Assembly (NCBI RefSeq): GCF_006345805.1
Contig: NC_042998.1
Coordinates: forward strand, 128,216,001 to 128,280,000
From: Octopus sinensis
Lineage: Eukaryota
Direction: 5' to 3'
DNA length: 64,000 nucleotides
This document shows positions 52,372 through 64,000 of the stretch, one piece after another (positions within the stretch are counted from its first letter, which is position 1; each line of letters opens with the position of its first letter). The translations under genes were made by a program, and so were the position numbers. The notes below the pieces were generated by a model. The model ran no database searches. It saw nothing but the letters and a program-made list of their open reading frames with translations, and was not told the origin of the DNA.

Positions 52372-52908
52372 TAAAGATTTTACCAGTGTCCTAGCGCATA
52401 GAAAAATTAGCCAATAGACTATGTATTATTCATATAAAATACAGTGTACATTTAAACACATTAAGATGTATCCATCATAGGACCCCCTTACGCTAGAAGG
52501 AACAGCTAAAGTCCAAACCAATAATTAGGGATAAAATCTAGAAGGGAATGAAAAATAAAAACATTTAGCATCTATTTCCTGTACTATGGTTTCTGCCTGT
52601 ATTTAGCAAATAAAATAATTTGCCAGGCGAAATCTTCGTCTGGCAAATTATTTTATTTGCCAAAAAAAGTCAGAAACCATGGTCTAGGAAATAGATGCTA
52701 AATGTTTTTAATTTTCATTCCCTTCGAGATTTTATCCCTAATTATTGGTTTGGACTTTAGCTGTTCCTTCTAGCGTAAGGGGGTCCTATGATGGATACAT
52801 CTTAATGTGTTTAAATGTTCACTGTATTTTATATGAATAATACATAGTCTATTGGCTAATTTTTCTATGCGCTAGGACACTGGTAGTAAAAATTTCTAAA
52901 ATCTTTAT
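52372..52908. repeat. ~530 bp near-perfect palindrome with 3 nt loop
   Basis: Arms 52381-52631 and 52635-52884, centre gccaggcgaa-atc-ttcgtctggc. An extra direct copy of the inner 150 bp lies at 52026-52176. Confidence 0.95.
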
Positions 52909-52935
52909 CACCCTGATATTATTAATTATATGTAC

Positions 52936-53154
<219 letters not shown>

Positions 53155-53299
53155 GATATTTTCATTACTTTTCATTTCTAACTTTGGTACCGCCGAACGA
53201 GGTGGACTAAAGTTTCGGATCCTTCTCGACGTTGTTGATGTAAAGATGAAAAAGCGAAAAGTTTAGATATCAAATCTGAAATATGAAAGAGAGATAGCT

Positions 53300-53300
53300 A

Positions 53301-53394
<94 letters not shown>
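53300..53394. repeat. (GAAA)n microsatellite
   Basis: Directly visible. Confidence 0.95.
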
Positions 53395-53395
<1 letters not shown>

Positions 53396-54722
53396 GGAAA
53401 ACTGTAAATGTTATACAAATAGAAATGTTGACCAACTGATGAGCTTGTATGGTTTTTGTGTTTATTTCAAACGCTGTAGAGACAAACACCGGTTGTTGGT
53501 ATTCTTCGATTGACTGATCTTAACCAGTGATACGCATCTATTTGTGATTTAATCTTTTGACTTAGGAAGAAAATTTAGAAATATAATTTCATTGTTTTTT
53601 GCCATAGGTTTCGATGATCAATGTTATCGTAGGCGTGTAACGGAATTTCTACGCAGATGTACAACCGAACAACCATAAACTCTACTCATCGAGTATTTTT
53701 AATTTTTCCTCCAGCGTAGTGAGTGTGGTGCTGAACTTGGGATCATAAAATGGCAAGCCCGATCCCAGGACAGAGTGGGACGTTGCGCCCTCCATGAACA
53801 AGGCACTTCATTTCACATGACTCCGGTAAACTCTGCTGAAAATTAATACCAGCTTAGTACTGCTGCTCTCACTCCTTGTAACATCTTCGGTGCCAGCGAT
53901 GGGAGAACTTAGAGGCTGGCTATGTCTGATCGCGACTACATAGGCACCTAAAACAATTAGCAAAAGCATAAATGTAGATTCATAAACGAATACAGCCAAG
54001 CAGTATTCGTTTATGCGTGACGGCTACGGTTTCATAATCTAAATATTACCAAAACAAAGAATCACAAACATTTTTGTTTATTTCGTTACCATTTGTTTCT
54101 TTCCGTTTTTCGTTGTTGTTTTGTTTTGTTGTGTGTGTGCTATTTGGTTTTGATTTATCTTTGCTATTTTATTTATTCTTAATGGCGTATAAATTTCGTT
54201 ATATAAAGTCTGGACAAGGAGGTGAAGTAACCTAGACAGGACAAGTAATTAAAGAAGAGCAAATAAGGTAGGTTAGTAAAGAATTACTGTGATGCAGGCT
54301 AAGCGGCAACTACAGAGAAAGCAGGTGTCACGTTCTAGTCTGGGAGTAGTTTACCTTTGGTATTAACTAAAGGAGTAGATGTTGACTCGATAGAAAGGAA
54401 CGATATAACAAGAGAGAAAGGTTATTGAAAGAGAGAGTTGAGATGGTTGTCAGAAGCATTTCGTTTTAGATAGCCGTGAACAAACATAGAAAAGGAGAGA
54501 AAGGGAGGAGAGAGAATGACATAGATTAAGAAACAGAAAGAGAGAGAGGGGGAGAGACAGACAGACAGACAGACAGAAACAAACAGAAGCTTGGAAAGAG
54601 AGAGGAGAGGCTATTTAGAAAACTTTGAACCAAAAACTGGAGATGAGTGGAGAGAAAGGCGTATGGAGAATGGGTGAGGCAAAGAGAGATGTGAATACAT
54701 ATGTACGCATGTATGAAGTGTG

Positions 54723-54781
<59 letters not shown>

Positions 54782-55084
54782 TACACATACAAATGCCGAG
54801 AGGGAAACTTCAATGTACATATAGAGTGAGCTATATTATTTGTTAGGTAAGAAAAGAACAAATACTTTCTGAATTTCCTTTTTGTTACTGCCTCACACTC
54901 TCACCCTTTCTATGGATGTGTTGATGCATTATACATCCATAAGTGTGCGCATATTACTATATATACATAAGGGTATATGTGTGTGTATGTGTTTCCTTAT
55001 AATTTCATGCTCATTGCTTCTATATGTTTGAGCGTATGCACATATATATGTATGTACATATATGTGTGTATGTGCGCGTGTATG

Positions 55085-55131
<47 letters not shown>

Positions 55132-55562
55132 GCATGTATGTATGTATGTATGTATGTATGTATGTATGTATGCACAGACATTGACATACTAACATGGAAT
55201 TGTGCATACATTTAAGCGAGTAGGCGAGGCCACTTCGATCAGAAATAAATGGGTTATCGTGCGCACGTGTATACTTATTCTGTATCTCGTTGTTTTTGAA
55301 TATGCGAAAGACCGTACATACATATTTTTTATATATGCATGCGTGTGTGCTTACATACGTATATACTCACGCATGCGCAACAGTACATCTGTCTACATGT
55401 CTGTATATCAGTCTGTCTAATTATCGAACACCTGCAAAGATTATTTTTATCAAATATATATGAAACTCTTTGAGTCTCCTTGGCTCCTCGACTAATAAGA
55501 AATTTAATATGCTTGTAAATATAAATACTCAGCTAATAAAAATGTAATATATCTATCTACCT

Positions 55563-55626
<64 letters not shown>

Positions 55627-55807
55627 CATACATACATACATACATATATCACATACATACATACATACACACACATACTTTGCCTCCTGTATTGAGTTCC
55701 ATATTTGTCTCGTTTATAAAGCCTAACTTACCTGCCCATCTAATTCTCTAGCTACCTAGTGATCTACCGATGTGTCTATTTCTCTGTCTCTCTCTCCCTC
55801 TCATTCT

Positions 55808-55838
<31 letters not shown>

Positions 55839-56191
55839 TCTCTCCCTACCTGTCTGCCGATGTGGAAACAAGCTTTCTTACATGTCTTTATTCGTGTACG
55901 TCTCTGCCAATCAAACTGTCCGTCTGACTTACTCTGTTTCTGTATTATTTTGTCTGCCATCTATCTGTATGCATGTATGCATCTATCGATCTATCTATCT
56001 ATCTATCGACCAATCTTTATGTATCAATCGATTCATCTCGGTCTCTCATTGTCTGTTTGGTACTCTCTCTCTCCTTTCTCACCTCTCTGTGTCCCTCTCC
56101 CTATCTATCCATCTCTATCTGTTCATCTATGTATCTTTGTACCTATCTACCCATCCATTTATACACACACACATACATACATATATATATT

Positions 56192-56227
<36 letters not shown>

Positions 56228-56480
56228 ATATAATATATATATATATATATATATATACTATACATATATATATATAGGCATACCACAACCTACGTCGTTC
56301 ATTGTTTCCAGGAGACACGACTTAAGTCGGATTAACTTGTCTATTTTACCAATAAAACATAGTAAAATAAAATCCTTTTTTCAGCTTAAAAAACAAATTC
56401 AGTAATTATTATTTTACAATAGTAAAAAAAACTAAAGAGATGGTTTGTTGCCAAGTGAAATAAATTCACTGATCTCTCAG

Positions 56481-56660
56481 AGAGAGTTATGCAGTAGCAG
56501 CACGATAGAGTGATTGCTTGTTGCCAACTTAATATGGCAGTCCCAGGAAAAGGAAGAATGCTATTGTTATTTAGCCCCAAGAAACACCGTTTCCTGGGAC
56601 TATCACATTAAGTTGGCAACAAGCCATCACTTTATCGTCCTGCTACTTCATAACTCTCTC
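56481..56660. mobile_element. MITE/foldback with ~70 bp arms
   Basis: agagagttatgcagtagcagcacgatagagtgattgcttgttgccaacttaatatggcagtcccaggaaa vs tttcctgggactatcacattaagttggcaacaagccatcactttatcgtcctgctacttcataactctct. Confidence 0.85.
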
Positions 56661-56763
56661 TTATTTTTAAGTTAAAGCCATTGCAATATTTTTAATTTTG
56701 TAGATAAATCAATAAATTTATTTCACTTGAAATTCTATAAGTTTTCAAACAAGGCCAAGCTAC

Positions 56764-56806
56764 TCCAAGCTGATGAAGAGCAATTACCCTGAAACTAGTC
56801 TTTGGA
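56764..56806 (+). ncRNA. Near-intact minimal type I hammerhead ribozyme
   Basis: tccaag CTGATGA agag caatta ccct GAA ACTAGT C tttgga: 6 bp stem I, intact core, stem II with one A-C mismatch, palindromic helix III, canonical GUC triplet (cut after 56800). Confidence 0.8.
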
Positions 56807-56999
56807 TGCTTGCTTTGTTGGATGGACGTGCTTGAAAACTTAAGGACACAGGACGCTTGTGTCGCGTAGCCAACTGGAAATGCTGCTACTGTATAAGTCT
56901 CTCTGCGGGATTTAGAAATGCAATGCTTCTTTAAAAAAAGAACTAAATTATTTTAAATTTACCAATACGTACATACAATTTGGTGGTTTACATCGCAGA

Positions 57000-58250
57000 T
57001 GTAGATGGTTGTGGATCGTCAACATCAACAGTGACTCTGGCTGTTCTTATTGTTCGATGCGCTTAAAAAATCGCTTGAGAGTTCCTCGAATTGTCTCCTT
57101 CTTTTCCTCAAGGATTACATTATAAGGAGCAAAAGTTTCGTGACAGCCCCAATAATCTTGGAAAAGTGTTGAGCATTTGGTTCCATATCCTCGAACATAG
57201 AAAGACCTGTTTCGCTATATGCAAATGCTTGCTGCATTTTCTTAATGGTAAGGTGACATGGCTCAGGTTCGACTTCCACTTCTTTATTTTGCTGCTCGTG
57301 AAGCTCTATCAAATCCTCGTTCGTCAGGAGCTGCTTGTCTTTTTCAAATAAATATTCCTTCTCCAAATCCATTTCCAGTTCTTTGCTCGTAGTCAACAAC
57401 GTTTTGTTGATGGCAACATTATCAAACCCCTTAAAATCATTCACGAATTGCGGGTATAGCTTCTTCCATACACCATTCATATCCGTGCTATGTACATCAT
57501 TCCATGCTGCTGCTATATTCTGTACAGCCTTGTAGATATCGTATCTCTTCCAAAAGTCACGAAGTGTGATGAACTCATCAATATCAGTTGCAGCTATTGC
57601 TTGCTGTAGCGTACGTTTCATATAGTAACGCTTGAAGATAGCAATTATTTCTTGATCCATTGGCTGTAGAAGAGACGTGCTGTTCGGAGGGAGGTATACT
57701 ACGGTGACGTTGGGGTCAAAATCTACGATCTTTTGCGGGTGGCCAGGAACATTTTTTGAGATAAATAAAACCTTAAAAGGAATCCCCTTCTTGCAGTATT
57801 TCTCTGCTGCTGGGATAAAATGATTGAAGAACCAATCTTCAAAAACAACAACAGTAACCCATGCTTTTGAATTAGCCATCCATATAATAGAGAGTTATGC
57901 CTTGAGTATGTTCTTCAGGGTACGGGGGTTGTGTGCATGATACACAAGCAATGGCTTTAACTTAGAATCTTCTGCACAATTACCTCCCAACATAATAGCC
58001 ACACATTCTTTTGAGACCTTGTAGCCTAGAACAGTTTTCTCCTCCTTGGAAATGAATGAACGGTCTTGCAATTTTTCCAGTACAATCCAGTTTCGTTTAC
58101 GTTGAAAATCAGCTTGAGAAGAAGCATGTTTTCTTCGATGATTTTCTTTAATGCATTAGGAAATTCCGCTGCTGCTTATTCGTCAGCTGATGCACTTTCA
58201 CCTTGCTTCTTAATGGAGTGATAACTTACATCGTTGCAAATAATAGGACA
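57000..58250 (-). mobile_element. Tigger/pogo-type (DDE_1) transposase remnant
   Basis: IFNVNETGLYWK (upstream, disrupted) and NSKAWVT..FEDWF..HFIP..KVLFI..NVPGHP..YLPPNSTSLLQPMDQEII..FK..Y in ORF 57115-57879. Confidence 0.85.
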
Positions 58251-58670
58251 TAACAACAGGTGTCTTTCGACTACGGACGAATTAAATTAAACTGGCGTGT
58301 GTGGAAGTAAAGCCTTAACTCCTGATGGAGTTATATGGGTTAATTGGAGCATATATGTCTTGGGCATGTCCTGTTATTTGCATTTGTATATGTGTAACAT
58401 TTCTCCTTTTTTCCGTCCTTGTTTTCGTATACATTCGATGCTTTCTTCCAAGGAATCTAATGCTCTTAGCTTAGTTTTGGGGCTGGCCAGATTGAAGCAA
58501 TCTCGAGTATAACCAGCTGAAATTGCAAAGATAATCTAGAACTCGACTGAGGAAAGAAAATTCCGAATGACCTGTCCTTGTTTTCTTTGTATCGTTTGTC
58601 TGGATGTTTCGTTGTCCCTTTTTTGTATTTTTTATATATAAAAATATAGCGGCGTACGTACACTTTGGCG

Positions 58671-58748
<78 letters not shown>

Positions 58749-59127
58749 CATAGGCTCGAGGGGTTGTAGGAAGAAAGTTAGCTTCGAGCAATCCGTAGTA
58801 AATATTAAAAACAAATTTCAGGGACAATAGTGGCCTATTAAGACGGAAGGTTGTGATTTTGTTTCGTATCGAAGTACGCTAAACTAAAAAAAGGTTCTTT
58901 TATATTTCACGGTAGGCAACCATGGTTGCTGGGTAAACGAATAAGAATACAAGAGTTAAGGAATGAAGTAGGCACATATGTCTCATAGCGATTGGAACCT
59001 CGGAAGTGGTAAATATCCAAGCGTTGTGTATACCGTAGGTTGCTCTTCAGGCCAAGGATATCTTGATCAAATGAAAGTTGACACTGTCGCAAAGAGGTAC
59101 ATGTTAACATATGAGAGATTCAATGTA

Positions 59128-59669
59128 CGAGGGTGAGTCAAAGAGTAATGCCTTTTGATTTAGGACAGGTATAATTACCAACACAGGAACATGTATCATA
59201 CATCAAAAGGAAGCTGGTCTTCTGTGGATTACATCCCTACTTCTCAACATAGTCACCGTTTCTCTCAATAGAGAATGAGAGCATGTATCCCTGCCCCATA
59301 AAATTTTGCTGACTGTTCTTTGAGCCACTTCTTCACTACTTCGACACACACCAGATTTAGTGGCTTCAGACTATCATCTCTTCAGCGCCACTAAAGAGGG
59401 TTTGAGAGGCAGATATTATTCCAGTGATGAGGAAGTGAAAACTGTAGTGAAGAAGTGGCTCAAAGAACAGTCAACAAAATTTTACGGAGCAGGTATACAT
59501 GCTCTCATTCGGAGGTGTAACATTGCTATTGAGAGAAACGGTGACTATGTTGAGAAGTAGAGATGTGATCTACAGAGGACCACTTTCACTTTGATGTATG
59601 ATATATGTTCCTGTATTGGTAATTATACCTGTCCTAAATCAAATGGCATTACTTTTTGACTCACCTTCG
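59128..59669. mobile_element. Mariner derivative built from two inverted 3' ends
   Basis: ta|cgagggtgagtcaaagagtaatgcc ... ggcattactttttgactcaccttcg|ta. 59128-59340 is the reverse complement of ~59445-59669, including the transposase C-terminal coding sequence (SDYHLF..RNGDYVEK*). Confidence 0.88.
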
Positions 59670-59910
59670 TATATATGCGTGTGTGCGTGTGTCTGTGTGT
59701 GTGTCTATCTGTATGGTTGTGTCTGTGTGTATGTGTGTCTGTGCCTGTACATGTATGTATGTATGTATGTAAACATACGGGGGCTACTGAAAGGTTCCTG
59801 GTTTTCAGGATGTTGCGAAAGGCCTGGTTGGAAGACCAACCATCCTAGTTCTTTTATATATTATATATATATATATAATGTATGTATGTATGTATAGATA
59901 TATATATATG

Positions 59911-59968
<58 letters not shown>

Positions 59969-60022
59969 TATATTATATATATATACATATATATATAATA
60001 TATATATATATATATAATATAT

Positions 60023-60062
<40 letters not shown>

Positions 60063-60199
60063 TATATATATATTGATTATATATATATATATATATATAT
60101 ATATAGATTGTTGAATTAACTGTTGAAGTGGACGGACGTCTATTTGTTTCTCTCCAAGTCAGTAGCAAGCTACACAGCTTCAAAACTAACTGACCTTAA

Positions 60200-63100
60200 A
60201 TATATATATATATTTGTAACCACGTGTTTGCCTACAAACCCGTAAGTACGTTTTCATTTAACTACAAATTGTTATATACACCTGTTTTTCTTTTTAAATC
60301 CTCAAAAACCAAATAATCAAAAACTCACACCCTTAAGAGAGAACATTATATATATATACACTTCTTTAACTCCCAAGAAAGAATATATATATTTTCAAAA
60401 ATCAAAAGGAAAACAAACAAAAGAAAAACAAACATGACTAACTTGCAGGCCTGCAACAGACGAAATTGGTCTGATAACGAAATTGATGTTTTAATAAAAC
60501 ACATGGTTCTCTCTTTCCCAAACAGAAAATCTAAATGTCTTGTGTTTGAATGAGATTGCCGAAAAAACATCACAAGTGGTCAACACACGATCCGTCAAAC
60601 AGATTCGTAGCAAGCTGAAAAATATCGAAGTATCTTTCAAACTGATAAGAGGCCATTATGAAAAGCTTCTACATATTTTCACAGTTCAAGAACAACAACA
60701 GCTAGAAAATCAGCAGCCACAACAACAACAACAACAGAATGAGCCACTCCTGGTTCCCAGCACAATGGCTGACCCTAACATCGGTCAAGCACAACAACAA
60801 CAACAACAGCCACAGCAACAAGAACAACAACAGCCACTCCTCAACTGTAGCTTACTAGATGATTCACTAAATGCCAGTATCTTTTCACCGCTCTCACAGC
60901 AACCACCACAATTATCATCATCATCATCACCACCACTGCCACCATCGTCTTCTATCACCAAAAATACCAACAGAAAACCAAATAAGAAACCACTGCCCTC
61001 TTCCCCCACATCACCACCTCAATACTACTGCAGTAACAAAAACTTAAAGAAACATAGGAAGCAGAATGCGCTCCCCACGGCACAAACAAGAAATCCCCAA
61101 ATATGCCGCTATTCACTGCGCCAGAGACTCTGCACAAATAGTGACTGCATCTTCACGCATCTACGCGGCACTAGACGCACTACCGGCCAAGGCCAAAGCA
61201 CGCATCCCACAATAACATCAACACCACCAAATAGTAAATCGAAATTCAAAACACACACAACTCGGAGTCCCAAAATCTGCCGGTATCCCAACGTGAGAGA
61301 AAATGTCTACTGAGTGACTGTCCCTTCACTCATCTTCCAGGGACCCGACGCACAAACAGAAACGGGGCCTCAAGCCAACACACAAACCTGAATAACAATG
61401 AAAATAGAAACACACCATGCTGCAGTAATGCTGGTCCAGTATTTTCAGGAAGACACAAAAAAACAACAACAACAAAAGTGGAAACTACAACCCTATCCAA
61501 CAGTGCAACCACACCTCCAGCCAAAAACTGCTCCCTAAGCAGGAAAATTCTTTTTTAGCCATGTTGAACATGGCAAAAGAGATACACAAAAACATTCTAG
61601 CCATCACTCAACACCATCCTATGCTATTACCCCAGTGCACCAATTCCCCACATTGCTGCCACTAACACACACAAAAAAATCCAAGCCCCCTGCAACAGTC
61701 AAAACCAGCCACTACACTAACCTCCACATTCCTACTCAATGCACAAGGTGTCAGCCCTTCCATCAATGCACAAAAATGGAAGGTCCAATTCATTGAAGAC
61801 TGGGTTGGTAACCATTCACACCACATCCCTTTCTTCATTCTCACTGGAGACCCACCTTGACAACTCCCACTTGGAAGCCGAAGTGAGAGTGAAGAATTTC
61901 ACAACCATCCGCGCGGATCGTATCGGCAGGAGGAAGGGTGGAACTGCCATTTTCCTGCATGATTCATTTACGGCAGATGGAAATAGTATATTCTCCAACG
62001 GCTACTGTGAATCAGTCACCGTGCACAACAACAAAGCCAATGACCTGACAGTAATTGGGCTCTATAGGCCGCCCCAAACACCCATACTGTGCTTTAAAGA
62101 ATGCCCCAACAGCATTAAGTGCTTTATTCAACAGTGCCATTCTAGCAACATACTCATGATGGGAGACTTCAATCTACCCTGTGTTGACTGGACTACAAAC
62201 TGTTTGAAACCAAGCACTCTCGCCTCAACCGCTGACAAAGAAGCAGCAGAGTCACTTTTCGACTTTACGAATGAGTTTTTCTTGTCCCAACTTGTCCTTG
62301 CACCAACAAGACATCAGAACATTTTGGACCTAGTGTTTAGTAACCACACTAACACTATACATAACGTTACAGTGGAAAAACCCTTCTTTCAGACCATGAC
62401 ATGGTTCTCTGTAACATGAAATTCCACCAGCCGAAAGCTAATCCTAGTGACCTTCCTCCAGCCCACCCATTTGACAACATGGATCTCCATAAAGCCAACT
62501 GGGATGCAATCAGGAACGAGCTATCAAATGTTGACTGGTCCTTTACACATACACACATCTCCACCAACCATAAAACATCTTGGCAGATCTTTGTAGACAC
62601 CGTCACAGACATATGTGCAAAACACTCCCCACCAAGACCTGTGAACAAAAAGTGCAGAATCCCCCAAAACAGAAAAACCATTATCAGAAAAATAAAAAGA
62701 ACAAACAAAAAAATAACAAACTAAAGTACTGCCAACAGCAACACACACATTCGACGGCTATCGCACTGCTTGAATCCAAACAATATACCTCCAACAATGC
62801 ATGAAGACCCTCATCAATAACCAAAGATCAGCTGAGGAGAAGTGGGCCATTGAAAAAATCAAACTCAACCCCAAAGTGTTCTTTTCATTTGCGAGGAAAC
62901 GCAGGGTCACTGTCTCCACTGTAGGCCCTCTAATTGACGAAACTGGCACTCTCCAAGATAATGCCAAATCCATGGCCGAGATACTGCAGAAACAATACTG
63001 CTCTGCTTTCAGCAATCCTGATATGGCCGATCTGGGCTGTATCAGTGATGTCAACCCCCAACACACTATATCGGACATAACGTTTAGTGCCCCTGATGTC

Positions 63101-64000
63101 TTAGCGGCGATAAACGAAATAAAACACAATTCAGCAGTAGGCCCCGATAGGTTCCCTGCTTGTGTCCTGAAGGTGTGTCGACACCAACTTGCATCTCCCC
63201 TTGCTAATCTGTGGAGAAACTCACAAAAAACCTTCTGTCCCAGTCTGTTGTCCCAGTTTTCAAAAAGGGAAACAAGTCCCTTGCAGTGAATTACCGTCCG
63301 ATCTCACTCACCTCTCATATCATCAAGGTATTTGAGAGGGTGGTGAGATCTCGAATAACCCAATTTCTGGAAAGCAACAGACGGCTGATCTCCAACCAAC
63401 ATGGGTTCCGTAATGGAAGGGACTGCCTAACGCAGCTCCTGCATCACTTTGAGGACATTTTGAGAGCTTTGGGAGAGGGCTCCAACACCGATGTCATCTA
63501 CCTTGATTTCAGTAAGGCCTTCGACAGGGTCGATCACAAGATCCTATTGAAAAAACTATCCAACATTGGTGTCTCTGGAAAGTTACTGAACTGGATCAAG
63601 TGTTTCCTGACAGACAGATCTCAACATGTTGTAGTTGAAGGGGTAAAATCAAGCCCAGCCAAAGTCAGTAGTGGCGTTCCGCAAGGCACTGTGCTGGGCC
63701 CACTTCTTTTCATCATTTACATTAATGACATTAATGACATCATCAAGCACAGCAACATAAAAATCTTTGCAGATGACTCCAAGCTACAGAAGGTCATAAA
63801 TGAGGCGAGTGACCGGACATGCCTTCAGTCAGATCTACTGGCTGTTATCCAATGGGCAGAAAAAAAACAATATGCTGCTGAACGAGGATAAATTTGAGCT
63901 AATCCACTTTGGAAAAGAGGATGCCCTGAAACTCCCATACTCCCTTCCTTCAGGTGAAACTCTCGCGGCGTCCAACAACATCAGAGACTTGGGAGTAATT
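60200..64000 (+). mobile_element. CR1-type LINE, 5' end present, truncated by the window, inactive (frameshifts)
   Basis: APE motifs FLLNAQG, ILT(E)THL, RKGGTAIF, GLYRPP, MGDFNLP, LDLVFSN (61720-62420). RT motifs KGNKSLAVNYRPISLTS, QHGFRNGRDCLTQL, YLDFSKAFDRVDH, SGVPQGTVLGPLLF, FADDSKL (63240-63860). The 5' boundary is approximate. Confidence 0.92.
60434..61665 (+). CDS. LINE ORF1 (frameshifted): Myb/SANT-like N-terminus, polyQ/S/P linker, two CCCH fingers
   Basis: ATG at 60434 (aaacATGa) directly upstream of APE-RT ORF2. About three frameshifts (~60520, ~61300, ~61555) must be corrected to read through. Confidence 0.6.

Noticed and set aside
53808-53999. Short hydrophobic ORF with a plausible ttttag acceptor
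   Set aside because: It lies next to and probably within a decayed SINE-like repeat (53710-53830); no recognisable homology or partner exons.
57115-57879. Domesticated TIGD/CENP-B-like host gene
   Set aside because: The upstream part of the transposase has stops and frameshifts, and the catalytic region is altered; more likely a decayed Tigger copy.
58540-58575. CTGAGGA...GAATGACC hammerhead-like string
   Set aside because: It lacks GAAA and a pairing stem II or helix III.

Overview
Eukaryotic, AT-rich animal DNA with very dense microsatellites. The SINE families and repeat density point to a cephalopod, most likely Octopus (inference from pattern recognition, not a search). One host gene is supported: an acid sphingomyelinase-like phosphodiesterase (SMPDL3A/B family) on the minus strand. 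Its first four coding exons (15959-15806, 8978-8780, 7480-7242, 54-1, running off the window) join in frame and include a GC-AG intron. The rest of the window is transposon-derived or simple-repeat DNA: several tRNA-type SINE families, two Penelope-like elements (PLEs), a 5'-complete but frameshifted CR1-type LINE at the right edge, RTE and R4/Dong-type LINE 3' fragments, mariner, Tigger/pogo and hAT remnants, about ten foldback/MITE elements and a U6 retrocopy abutting a SINE. The most notable unexplained structures are five minimal type I hammerhead-ribozyme motifs (two nearly intact), a twin-priming-like 5' inversion in a PLE, a LINE ORF1 with a Myb/SANT-like N-terminus plus duplicated CCCH fingers, and a ~530 bp near-perfect palindrome. 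Most entries in the ORF track are microsatellite artefacts. Repeat boundaries are approximate (about +/-10-30 bp) unless a junction is quoted.
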